Shown: piece by piece, positions 48,810 to 57,027 of the stretch
How positions within the stretch are numbered: position 1 is the stretch's first letter
Layout of the letters: every line of letters starts with the position of its first letter
Source: a virus
Taxonomy: Duplodnaviria > Heunggongvirae > Uroviricota > Caudoviricetes
Virus record (IMG/VR): IMGVR_UViG_3300044678_001935
Span: 35,982 to 99,981 of that record
DNA: 64,000 nt
Strand: one strand, 5' to 3'
The notes under the pieces: generated by a model
Seen by the model: the letters and a program-made list of their open reading frames with translations, nothing else
What the model was told of the DNA's origin: nothing
Database searches by the model: none
Made by a program: the position numbers and the translations under genes

Positions 48810-49514
48810 ATGATGTACTCAAACAACTTTGCTGCGGCAATTAAGGTAAACGGTAAAATTCTCCGTGAGTTCGGTGATACTGTTTATCTTCCATTCGGCT
48901 CTGAATATGAAATCAGACTGAAGAACTTACATTCTCAAAGAGCCAAAGTCAATATTGATATTGACGGTTCTACTGTTACAGGGAATGGTCTTATTATCCG
49001 ACCCCAACAGACTGTAGATCTAGAAAGATTCATTCGTGATAATCTAAACGAAGGTAATAAATTCAAGTTTATTGAGCGAACAGATAAGATTGAAAATCAT
49101 CGCGGAATTAAACTTGAAGATGGATTGATTACGATTCGTTTTGAGTTTGAAATTACTCTTAATAATTTTGCTATTTCAACTCCATTAACTTATAGATCTT
49201 ATGGTGGAGGTCTTTATAACTCTTCTAATGTGGTTTCTAATAATATTGTAAGCGTTCCCGTAAATGATACAGGAATCACTGTAGAAGGATCCAAAAGCGA
49301 TCAATCGTTTGGTGCGACAAGTTGGTTTGGATCTATTGGTGGGACTCATGTTTTGAACATTAAACTTTTAGGTGAAACTGAAGACAATAAAAAAATTAGA
49401 GAACCAGTTACAGTTAAAACTAAATTAGAATGTAAAACTTGTGGTACTATTAACAGTGTAACATCCAAGTTCTGTTCTGAATGTGGAACATCTTTACACA
49501 TCGTAGCCGCCTGA
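48810..49514 (+). CDS. hypothetical protein with a C-terminal zinc ribbon
   Basis: C-terminus CKTCGTINSVTSKFCSECGT (a CxxC-x9-CxxC motif). Confidence 0.45.
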   Translation: MMYSNNFAAAIKVNGKILREFGDTVYLPFGSEYEIRLKNLHSQRAKVNIDIDGSTVTGNGLIIRPQQTVDLERFIRDNLNEGNKFKFIERTDKIENHRGIKLEDGLITIRFEFEITLNNFAISTPLTYRSYGGGLYNSSNVVSNNIVSVPVNDTGITVEGSKSDQSFGATSWFGSIGGTHVLNIKLLGETEDNKKIREPVTVKTKLECKTCGTINSVTSKFCSECGTSLHIVAA

Positions 49515-49588
49515 TAAACTGGCACAATGGGTACTCAGATTCTCTCTGGGTGCCCTATACTGTATAAGTCCTTAAAAGAATTTTAATT

Positions 49589-49780
49589 ATGTACGAAAAT
49601 AATCAGCCATTGGTTATTGCTGTTATTGTATTGTCTTGTTTTTCTTTTATGCTTGGTGCGATCATCGGAATTGGCACCAGCGAAAGCTATAACAGAGAAA
49701 AAACTGTTATTGATTGTATTACACGACCCAAAGAATGTAAAAGTGAATATGATTATTATCAATTAAAAAATAAAGAATAG
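49589..49780 (+). CDS. small membrane protein
   Basis: 63 aa with one hydrophobic helix PLVIAVIVLSCFSFMLGAIIGIG. Confidence 0.3.
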   Translation: MYENNQPLVIAVIVLSCFSFMLGAIIGIGTSESYNREKTVIDCITRPKECKSEYDYYQLKNKE

Positions 49781-49962
49781 TATTAAATGAAACATTGTTC
49801 AGGTTATGACGCACAACAACTTCTTGATGTGACAATGAATTGTTCGCTAAGACCAAAGCGAAACGATAGAATTGAGCTAATTGTAACTGTGTTAAGATGG
49901 TTAAACTCTAATGACTTTGATGATCTTATTCAAAACCTTGAAAACCTTAAGACTTAATTATT

Positions 49963-50298
49963 ATGGACCAACAAATTAAAAAACAATGGGTTGAGGCACT
50001 TCGCTCTGGTAAGTATAAACAAGGAACTGGACATCTTCGTACTGGGGATAATTACTGTTGTTTGGGTGTCTTGTGTGATTTGAACGAGTACACCAATTGG
50101 ACTCCAGTTTGTGAAATGGCTGATGAGATAGTTTATGAACTCCAACCAGATAAAAATGAACTTACTTACTGGCCATCAGGATATATCCGCGATTGGGCTG
50201 GTATATCTAAAGACAATGAAGACCATTTGATTCATCTTAATGATACCTTAGAGTGTAACTTTAATCAAATTGCCGACTACATTGAGAATAATCTTTAA
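49963..50298 (+). CDS. hypothetical protein
   Basis: 111-aa ORF. Confidence 0.4.
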   Translation: MDQQIKKQWVEALRSGKYKQGTGHLRTGDNYCCLGVLCDLNEYTNWTPVCEMADEIVYELQPDKNELTYWPSGYIRDWAGISKDNEDHLIHLNDTLECNFNQIADYIENNL

Positions 50299-50300
50299 TC

Positions 50301-50519
50301 ATGTCAAGTAAAAAACATCAAACGATTCTCAAGAAAGAGTATCAAAAAGAACATTTCTTTCAAGAAGAATATGAAGTTCATTTTACTACCGGAAAAGTTA
50401 TCTATGTTGATGTTGATGTTGAACATGGAGTGAATGAGAAAAACAATCATCAAAAAGCTGGTTTAATTGCGGCTTCACTTCATCCCGATCTTAAAATTCT
50501 TAAAATTTATTATTGTTAA
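50301..50519 (+). CDS. small hypothetical protein
   Basis: 72-aa ORF. Confidence 0.3.
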   Translation: MSSKKHQTILKKEYQKEHFFQEEYEVHFTTGKVIYVDVDVEHGVNEKNNHQKAGLIAASLHPDLKILKIYYC

Positions 50520-50794
50520 TTATGGACCTCAATAATTTTGATTATTTCCGAGCCGGTAAATATCCAGGATGTATGGATATTAAAAAAATCGGGTATCATT
50601 CATCAGTTGGTGTTATGGCGGTGGTATCATCACTACCACCTGAGATAAATGCCCCAGATATTGAGAAAAATTTCGTTCAATTTCGTAAGCATAAAAATAC
50701 TCCGAAAGTTGCTCTTTTCTCATTTAATTATGAAGTAGAACTGGATGAATACTGGCAAGATTCTGATATTATTTGGGATAGTCGCAACTCATGA
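50513..50794 (+). CDS. hypothetical protein
   Basis: 93-aa ORF. Confidence 0.35.
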   Translation: MLIMDLNNFDYFRAGKYPGCMDIKKIGYHSSVGVMAVVSSLPPEINAPDIEKNFVQFRKHKNTPKVALFSFNYEVELDEYWQDSDIIWDSRNS

Positions 50795-51312
50795 CTGAAC
50801 AAGAGCAAAAACTATTAAACAAGTTTCTTTCCTCTATTGAAGAAGACGAAAAGTTCTTCAAAGAGATTATGAACCGAACAGATGAAGACGCAAGACTTCT
50901 TCAATGGATTGTCAATAATAATATCAATCCTTACGGTGTTTTTCCTTATTATATTGCTGGCAGTCTTTCCGAATTACAATCCTTTGTTGCCATCTACATT
51001 AAGATGACGTATCAAAGAAAGCACTGTGAAATTAATTACGTCAACGTTGAAAGAACAAGTAGCTCACATGATCATGTTGATAACCTAGGACCGAGAGTAG
51101 TTTTTGTTGGTAAATGGGAAGATGATTTTCATGCGCTAGTTAAAAAAGAATTAAATCTACCCGACGATGAGCTACCATGGGAATCATACACTTATGACTT
51201 TGACATCTTAGAAAACGTAGACGCCTTTATTGAAACATACAATAGGGTTGAAGATTATCACAAGAATCGTTATGAAGAAAACAGTAAGCTTGCGGATAGG
51301 TGGTTATCATGA
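50791..51312 (+). CDS. hypothetical protein
   Basis: 173-aa ORF whose stop TGA overlaps the lysS ATG (ATGA). Confidence 0.4.
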   Translation: MTEQEQKLLNKFLSSIEEDEKFFKEIMNRTDEDARLLQWIVNNNINPYGVFPYYIAGSLSELQSFVAIYIKMTYQRKHCEINYVNVERTSSSHDHVDNLGPRVVFVGKWEDDFHALVKKELNLPDDELPWESYTYDFDILENVDAFIETYNRVEDYHKNRYEENSKLADRWLS

Positions 51313-52787
51313 ATGAAGAAACATCACAATTTTTATCAGCCAGGTTGGATAAGATTTCAGAACTACAGAAAATAGGGCAAGTTGCATATGCTAATTCTTT
51401 TCACCCTACAATTAAAGCATTAGAATTACATAAGAATTATTTTAATCTGGAAAATGGTTCTGAATGTGATGATAATGTTGTTATAGCTGGTCGTATTATC
51501 GCAAGAAGAGTATTCGGTAAGTTGTCATTTTTTACTCTTTCCGATGACAGTGGAACAATTCAGCTTTATATTGAGAACGCCATCGTTGGTTCCGATATTG
51601 TTTCCTTAACCGATGTCGGCGACTGGATCGGCGCCACCGGCACCCTGCGGCGCACCGACCGGGGCGAGCTTTCGGTCAAGGTGCGCGACTGGACGATGCT
51701 CAGCAAGTCGCTTCAGCCCCTGCCCGACAAGTGGCATGGCCTGGCGGACGTGGAGAAGCGCTACCGGCAGCGCTATCTCGATCTGATCGTCTCCCCCCAC
51801 ACCCGCGAAACTTTCCGGCGACGTGCCATTTTGATTAGAACTATTCGCAATTGGCTTGACTCGCGGGAATTTTTGGAGATTGAAACTCCTATTCTACAAA
51901 CCGAAGTTGGCGGAGCCGAGGCCAAACCTTTCTCAACATATCATAACACTCTAGATCTATCATTAACTCTAAGAATTGCGACCGAGTTGCACCTTAAGAG
52001 GATGATTGTTGGTGGTTTTGAAAGAGTTTATGAGTTGGGTCGTATATTTCGTAATGAAGGTCTAAGCACCCGCCATAATCCAGAGTTTACAACCGTTGAG
52101 ATTTATCAGGCATATGCAGATTATAATGATATGATGATTTTAACAGAAAATCTCATATCTACTTGCGCAGAGACAGTTTGTGGTTCTACTGTAATAGTTT
52201 ATCAAGATGAAAAAATTGATCTAACTCCTCCTTGGAATAAATGTACAATGCACGAATTGGTTTTTGAGCATACTGGTCTTGATTTTCATCAATTTTCGTC
52301 AAGAACCGATGCCGCTAATGCTATGGAAACTATTGGATTGGTTGTTCCTGATAGTGCCGATTCCGTTGGTCGGTTATTAAACGAAGCCTTTGAACAAAGA
52401 GTTGAAAAACAGCTCATTCAACCGACTTTTGTTTTAGATTATCCTGTTGAAATTTCTCCACTGGCCCGTTCTCATAGAGAAAAACCGGAATTGGTTGAAA
52501 GATTTGAATTATTCATCTTTGGTCGTGAAATTGCCAATGCCTTTAGCGAACTCACCGATCCTTTAGAACAGAGAAAAAGATTAGAAGAACAACAAACCCG
52601 CCGCAATAATGGCGATCAAGAGGCTCACACTATTGATGAAGACTTTTTAAACGCACTTGAAATTGGAATGCCGCCAACCGGAGGACTAGGTATTGGTATA
52701 GACAGATTGACAATGTTACTTACGGATAGTCCGTCTATTCGTGATGTTATCGCTTTTCCTTTAATGCGCCCAGAGGACAAAACATGA
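51309..52787 (+). CDS. lysS: lysyl-tRNA synthetase (class II)
   Basis: N-terminal OB anticodon-binding region ([23 protein letters not shown]), motif 2 [23 protein letters not shown] and motif 3 [18 protein letters not shown] at 51309; the track lists a GTG at 51300. Confidence 0.85.
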   Translation: MNEETSQFLSARLDKISELQKIGQVAYANSFHPTIKALELHKNYFNLENGSECDDNVVIAGRIIARRVFGKLSFFTLSDDSGTIQLYIENAIVGSDIVSLTDVGDWIGATGTLRRTDRGELSVKVRDWTMLSKSLQPLPDKWHGLADVEKRYRQRYLDLIVSPHTRETFRRRAILIRTIRNWLDSREFLEIETPILQTEVGGAEAKPFSTYHNTLDLSLTLRIATELHLKRMIVGGFERVYELGRIFRNEGLSTRHNPEFTTVEIYQAYADYNDMMILTENLISTCAETVCGSTVIVYQDEKIDLTPPWNKCTMHELVFEHTGLDFHQFSSRTDAANAMETIGLVVPDSADSVGRLLNEAFEQRVEKQLIQPTFVLDYPVEISPLARSHREKPELVERFELFIFGREIANAFSELTDPLEQRKRLEEQQTRRNNGDQEAHTIDEDFLNALEIGMPPTGGLGIGIDRLTMLLTDSPSIRDVIAFPLMRPEDKT

Positions 52788-53017
52788 ATGAAGAAACACT
52801 AACAATTGAAAATTTTATTCGTCTTCTCAAATCTCACATAAAAACCAATCACTATAAGTACAGCGATTCTTTTGAAACAGTAGTCAAAGATCTTATTGAA
52901 CAAATTTCAGATACAGCAGAAGAAAAAGGTTATCGTAATGGTTATTCTGCTGGTTATGATGCCGGACAATACGATAAAAAGCAAGAACTTATTGAAAATC
53001 TGAGGACTATGTTATGA
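52784..53017 (+). CDS. small hypothetical protein
   Basis: 77-aa ORF with ATGA overlap to lysS. Confidence 0.3.
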   Translation: MNEETLTIENFIRLLKSHIKTNHYKYSDSFETVVKDLIEQISDTAEEKGYRNGYSAGYDAGQYDKKQELIENLRTML

Positions 53018-53185
53018 AAACAAAAATACTCATTGGATTTACAGTAGGGCTTATTCTTAGTTTTATTGGTATATTTACATCAGACTTAATGTGCATGTGG
53101 ATTGGTGGTTTGTTTGTTGGTGGGAATATTTCAATTCTTAGTTTAGTAAAATGCCAAAAAATTATTATGAAAGAGGAGAACTGTA

Positions 53186-53428
53186 ATGAGTAAACTTACA
53201 ATTAATGAAGAAGAATTCTTTGATAAAGAAGGAGCACTTAAAACAGTAGTTGAATATCTTCAAAAAATGTTAAACGAAGGTTGGAAAGATGTTGTTTGTG
53301 AGGGGACGCTTTACCGATCTAGGGAAGAAAACGATGATGAATACGCAGATCGTCTTGCTATAGAAGCACGAGAAAAAGAACGGCGCCGCAAACAGTACGA
53401 AAAACTAAGAAAAGAATTTGAGGAATGA
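53186..53428 (+). CDS. small hypothetical protein
   Basis: 80-aa ORF with AGGAG upstream. Confidence 0.35.
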   Translation: MSKLTINEEEFFDKEGALKTVVEYLQKMLNEGWKDVVCEGTLYRSREENDDEYADRLAIEAREKERRRKQYEKLRKEFEE

Positions 53429-53655
53429 TTATGAGAGCAACAGTTTATAAGGCAGTCTTGTGTATTGTTGATCATGAAGATATGCCAGAAGAATCCGTTA
53501 TTCATCTTTTAGAAAATGTTCGTTATCTTTATCCGAACATTATTAGTCTAGAATCACGAGAGATTGAAGAGTGGAATGATGAACATCCATTAAACAAAAA
53601 AGACACACATACTCAAGAATTTGGAAGATTATTCAATGGCATTCATTCAAAATAA
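53425..53655 (+). CDS. small hypothetical protein
   Basis: 76-aa ORF. Confidence 0.3.
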   Translation: MIMRATVYKAVLCIVDHEDMPEESVIHLLENVRYLYPNIISLESREIEEWNDEHPLNKKDTHTQEFGRLFNGIHSK

Positions 53656-54091
53656 AAACATTCTAACGCTTCATGATAACGAAATCTTCGTCTTTGGAAG
53701 CAACCGCGCTGGCATTCATGGAGCAGGAGCCGCTCTGCACGCCGCAAGATACTTTAAGGCTGTCCACGGGGTCGGTGAGGGCCTTACAGGGTTCTCCTAC
53801 GCACTACCAACAAAGCGAGCCAACTTTACCATCTGCTCTCTGGATGAGATTTCTTGGTCATTAAAATGTTTAAAAGAGTGTGCTAAAGAAAATCATATGT
53901 TCACTTTCTTCTTAACGAGAATCGGGCAGGGTTATGCAGGAATTCCAGAGAAAGATATTAAGAATCTGGTTATAAAAACCGATTTGCCTGATAATGTTCT
54001 TCCTTGGTGGATATGGGAGAATGCTTTTGGAACTTTCACAAAGGAAAATATTAACGTAAATTTGGATATTTTGGGTGTGACAGTTGATTAA
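53621..54091 (+). CDS. hypothetical protein, tentatively macro-domain-like (ADP-ribose binding)
   Basis: FVFGSNRAGIHGAGAALHAARY resembles the macro signature NAAN..LGGGGVDGAIHRAAG. It contains a GC-rich island at 53690-53840. The assignment is tentative. Confidence 0.3.
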   Translation: MEDYSMAFIQNKNILTLHDNEIFVFGSNRAGIHGAGAALHAARYFKAVHGVGEGLTGFSYALPTKRANFTICSLDEISWSLKCLKECAKENHMFTFFLTRIGQGYAGIPEKDIKNLVIKTDLPDNVLPWWIWENAFGTFTKENINVNLDILGVTVD

Positions 54092-54156
54092 GTGGCTACC
54101 ACGAACTTCAATGATTCTGTTTTGTGCTATGATTTTCTGGTAACTTAAGAGGTTTT

Positions 54157-54381
54157 ATGTGCCCTATGGATGAACTTGATCTGTATTTTGAACAAATTTG
54201 GGAGAAGCACAAGCCTTCAAAAAAACTTCCTGTAGAGTTTGAGAAAAATCTTAAACAGTCTTTTATGTCTGCTGCTCGTGAAGTGTGGAAAAAAAGCCTA
54301 GAACATGATAGAGAACGAATGATTCAGGAATTTCCTGATTTCGTCAAAGAACGATATTTTCATACAGGCCCAGTTGCATAA
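54157..54381 (+). CDS. small hypothetical protein
   Basis: 74-aa ORF. Confidence 0.3.
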   Translation: MCPMDELDLYFEQIWEKHKPSKKLPVEFEKNLKQSFMSAAREVWKKSLEHDRERMIQEFPDFVKERYFHTGPVA

Positions 54382-54842
54382 TAAAAACAAATTATTACGA
54401 TAACATTCTTCTAAATTTATGAACTTTGATTTTTTAGAACGACAACCAAAAATTATTCAAGAGTTTTTATTATTTTTTGTTGAAATTTATTTTGGATTTA
54501 CCATAAAATGTAATATGGCATTTTTCTTATGGCGCTATATTATGACTCATGATATTGATGTATTAAAAAAACATGTTTTGGATTAACTACATTTAATGAC
54601 TTTTATGCTACACTTAATGGAGGATGGAGAGGCGCCAAATAAAAAAGTGTAAAATCTGTAAACAAACTAGGACAACCTCTTGTTACGCCAGGTGTTTGAA
54701 TTCCCGGAACAAACATTAATACAAAAGATTTTGTTTATACCTAATCAACTTGGTGTTGTGCCAATTGGAAACGTGTCCACTAATCCATCTTATATCCAGT
54801 AAATCTGCTACTATACAAGGAGTTAAAACAAATGGGTGAACT

Positions 54843-55010
54843 ATGAAACGTTTATTATCTTTTCTCTGGTCTGGCTGTTGGCATGAATGGGTAGATGAAA
54901 AACGGGAAGCTGTTACTTTTGTGAGTGATTATTCGCCGGATGTTTCTGGTTATAGAGTATTTCAGAAGTGCAAAAAATGTGGTGATACGCGGGTCAAAAG
55001 GCTTATGTAA
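54843..55010 (+). CDS. small Cys/His-containing protein (not in the ORF track; 55 aa)
   Basis: ATG preceded by AGGAG. Encodes ..SGCWHEW..CKKCGD.., a possible zinc-binding motif. Confidence 0.3.
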   Translation: MKRLLSFLWSGCWHEWVDEKREAVTFVSDYSPDVSGYRVFQKCKKCGDTRVKRLM

Positions 55011-55033
55011 GTTATCGCTAAATAACAATTCAC

Positions 55034-55105
55034 CTGGAAATAAGTCAGTGGTAGACGGTCTAGTTTGGGGCTAGAAAGACGTTGGTTCGAGTCCAACTTT
55101 TCAGA
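55034..55105 (+). tRNA. tRNA-Pro (TGG)
   Basis: Acceptor CTGGAAA/TTTTCAG, D arm AGTC-AGTGGTA-GACG, anticodon arm TCTAG-TTTGGGG-CTAGA (U33, anticodon TGG, G37) and T arm GTTGG-TTCGAGT-CCAAC. Confidence 0.55.
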
Positions 55106-55175
55106 TTTGGGATAATCCCCAAAACAAATTGGAGATAGACTCCGATTTTTAAACTATTCTAAGGAGCTTAGAACA

Positions 55176-56234
55176 ATGAAAAAATACGATGCGGTGGTTT
55201 TCATCGGCAGGTTTCAACCTTTCCATAACGCTCATTTTGATATTATCAAAAAAGCTTATGAGCTAACTGATTATGTAATTCTTATCGCGGGTTCTCAGTA
55301 TCAACCACCTAGCTATAAGAATCCATTTCAGGCTTTAACTTTTGACGGTTATTTTGATTCAATTGGAAAAACCATTGATAATTATCTTAGAGTTAACTTT
55401 GAGGATTATTATGACGAAGACCGTAACTATGAGTTCTCGTTTTGTTTTCAACGAGATATTTACGGTGATAATCTCTGGTGCAAAAGTGTACAGGAAAAAG
55501 TATCAGAATTATTCTTAGGTCAAGAAGCTGAAATAGCCATTATTGGTTGTAATAAGGATGAAAGTTCTTATTACTTAAATATGTTCCCTCAGTGGGATCT
55601 TATTGAGGTTCCTCTGGATCAAAACCTTAGTGCTACACAGATCAGAGAACTTTATTTCGTTGAAGAACCAAATATGAGTTTTCTTCAAGGTGTTGTATCG
55701 TCTGAGGTTTTTAATTATCTTGACGAACACAAAAATACCGAATGGCACAATAATATCGTAAACGAACGAAATTTTATTGAAAAATACAAAGCCCAATATG
55801 CTTCTTTCCCATATCCACCAACATTCGTTACTGTAGATTCTGTAGTATTTCAATCCGGTCATGTTCTCGTTGTTCGGAGAAATGCTTATCCTGGTAAAGG
55901 TCTTATTGCTCTTCCTGGTGGATTCTTAGACGCTAATAGTGATGCCTCTTTGGAAGATGCTATGATTAGAGAACTGAGAGAGGAAACAGGGCTTAAAGTG
56001 CCAACTCCGGTTCTCAAGGGATCTATTAAAGATGTTAAAGTTTTTGATTCTCTTTATAGAAGCTCTCGTGGACGGACTATTACTCATGCTCATAACATTG
56101 TATTGTCTGATGGAGAACTACCTAGAGTCAAAGGTGATTCTGATGCTGATAAGGCTTTCTGGTTACCATTCAGCCAACTTAAATCAGAGCAATTTTTTGA
56201 AGACCATTATCAAATTATCAATTATTTTCTATGA
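55176..56234 (+). CDS. natV: bifunctional NMN adenylyltransferase / Nudix hydrolase (NadM-Nudix, NatV-like)
   Basis: N-terminal GRFQPFHNAH (the H/TxGH nucleotidyltransferase motif) and a C-terminal Nudix box GGFLDANSDASLEDAMIRELREETGL. Confidence 0.8.
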   Translation: MKKYDAVVFIGRFQPFHNAHFDIIKKAYELTDYVILIAGSQYQPPSYKNPFQALTFDGYFDSIGKTIDNYLRVNFEDYYDEDRNYEFSFCFQRDIYGDNLWCKSVQEKVSELFLGQEAEIAIIGCNKDESSYYLNMFPQWDLIEVPLDQNLSATQIRELYFVEEPNMSFLQGVVSSEVFNYLDEHKNTEWHNNIVNERNFIEKYKAQYASFPYPPTFVTVDSVVFQSGHVLVVRRNAYPGKGLIALPGGFLDANSDASLEDAMIRELREETGLKVPTPVLKGSIKDVKVFDSLYRSSRGRTITHAHNIVLSDGELPRVKGDSDADKAFWLPFSQLKSEQFFEDHYQIINYFL

Positions 56235-56431
56235 TTATGAATCAAGTGCAACTGAGTAAAATGTCAAGAGAAGAAAAACTTAAGGCATTGGCTTTAATTG
56301 ATAAAAACATTGAGACAACAAAACTTAAATTAAGCCAATTACATCATGAAGCCTATAAGTTGCAATATGAATTAGGTTATTACGCTAAAAAAGAAATCCT
56401 TTATGGAATTAAATATGATGTTCAAAATTAA
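56231..56431 (+). CDS. small hypothetical protein
   Basis: 66-aa ORF with ATGA overlap to natV. Confidence 0.3.
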   Translation: MIMNQVQLSKMSREEKLKALALIDKNIETTKLKLSQLHHEAYKLQYELGYYAKKEILYGIKYDVQN

Positions 56432-56951
56432 TAAAAATCGAAACTTCCTAGAAGACTATAAGAAATATTATTTCTTTTATGATACTCCATTGTCAAATTG
56501 GGCAGGTTATTCTTTTGTTGATACAACAACTGGAGTTTCTTACAATTGCTCAGAACAGTTTATGATGCACAAGAAGGCCCTACTTTTTTCTGATTATAAT
56601 ACTGCCGGCAAGATCATGAATAAAGAATACCCAGGAGATCAAAAAGCCTTGGGTAGAATGGTGGCAGGCTTTGATGTTAGCATTTGGAATGAATATGCAA
56701 GAGATCTTGTGTATGAAGGATGTTATTATAAGTTTACCCAAAATAAGGAAGCTTATGAATATCTTATGGGGACAGAAGGTTATCTTCTAGTAGAGGCATC
56801 ACCAACAGATACTATTTGGGGTATTGGACTTGGAGGTTATGATGCAGATAATCAAGATCCTAAAAATTGGAGAGGAACTAACTGGTTGGGTGAAGTTCTT
56901 ACACAACTACGAGAAGATTTGAAAGATAACCCAGAGTTAGTTTTATTCTAG
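56403..56951 (+). CDS. NADAR (DUF1768, YbiA-like) domain protein
   Basis: ..NCSEQFMMHKKALLF..KALGRMV..WNEYARDLVYEGCYYKFTQNKEAYEYLMGTEGYLLVEASPTDTIWGIGLGG matches the NADAR pattern (EH....K......LGR...W......M......KF.QN..L...LL.T...L.E.SP.D..WG.G). Confidence 0.65.
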   Translation: MELNMMFKINKNRNFLEDYKKYYFFYDTPLSNWAGYSFVDTTTGVSYNCSEQFMMHKKALLFSDYNTAGKIMNKEYPGDQKALGRMVAGFDVSIWNEYARDLVYEGCYYKFTQNKEAYEYLMGTEGYLLVEASPTDTIWGIGLGGYDADNQDPKNWRGTNWLGEVLTQLREDLKDNPELVLF

Positions 56952-57027
56952 TCAGATGTAAAGACTTTAAAACATAATTCAACGATAGACGTTGAATTTT
57001 ATCCACTATCATTTTAAGGAGTTTAAA

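Noticed and set aside
51606-51800. Minus-strand 64-aa ORF inside lysS
   Set aside because: It lies entirely inside the GC-rich island, where high GC suppresses stop codons in all frames. lysS on the + strand has full-length motif conservation.
54400-54840. ORF-free 440-bp region upstream of the tRNA-Pro, searched for additional tRNAs or sRNAs
   Set aside because: No segment gave a consistent cloverleaf (the candidate CCAGG...CCCGG arms do not pair). It is left unannotated.
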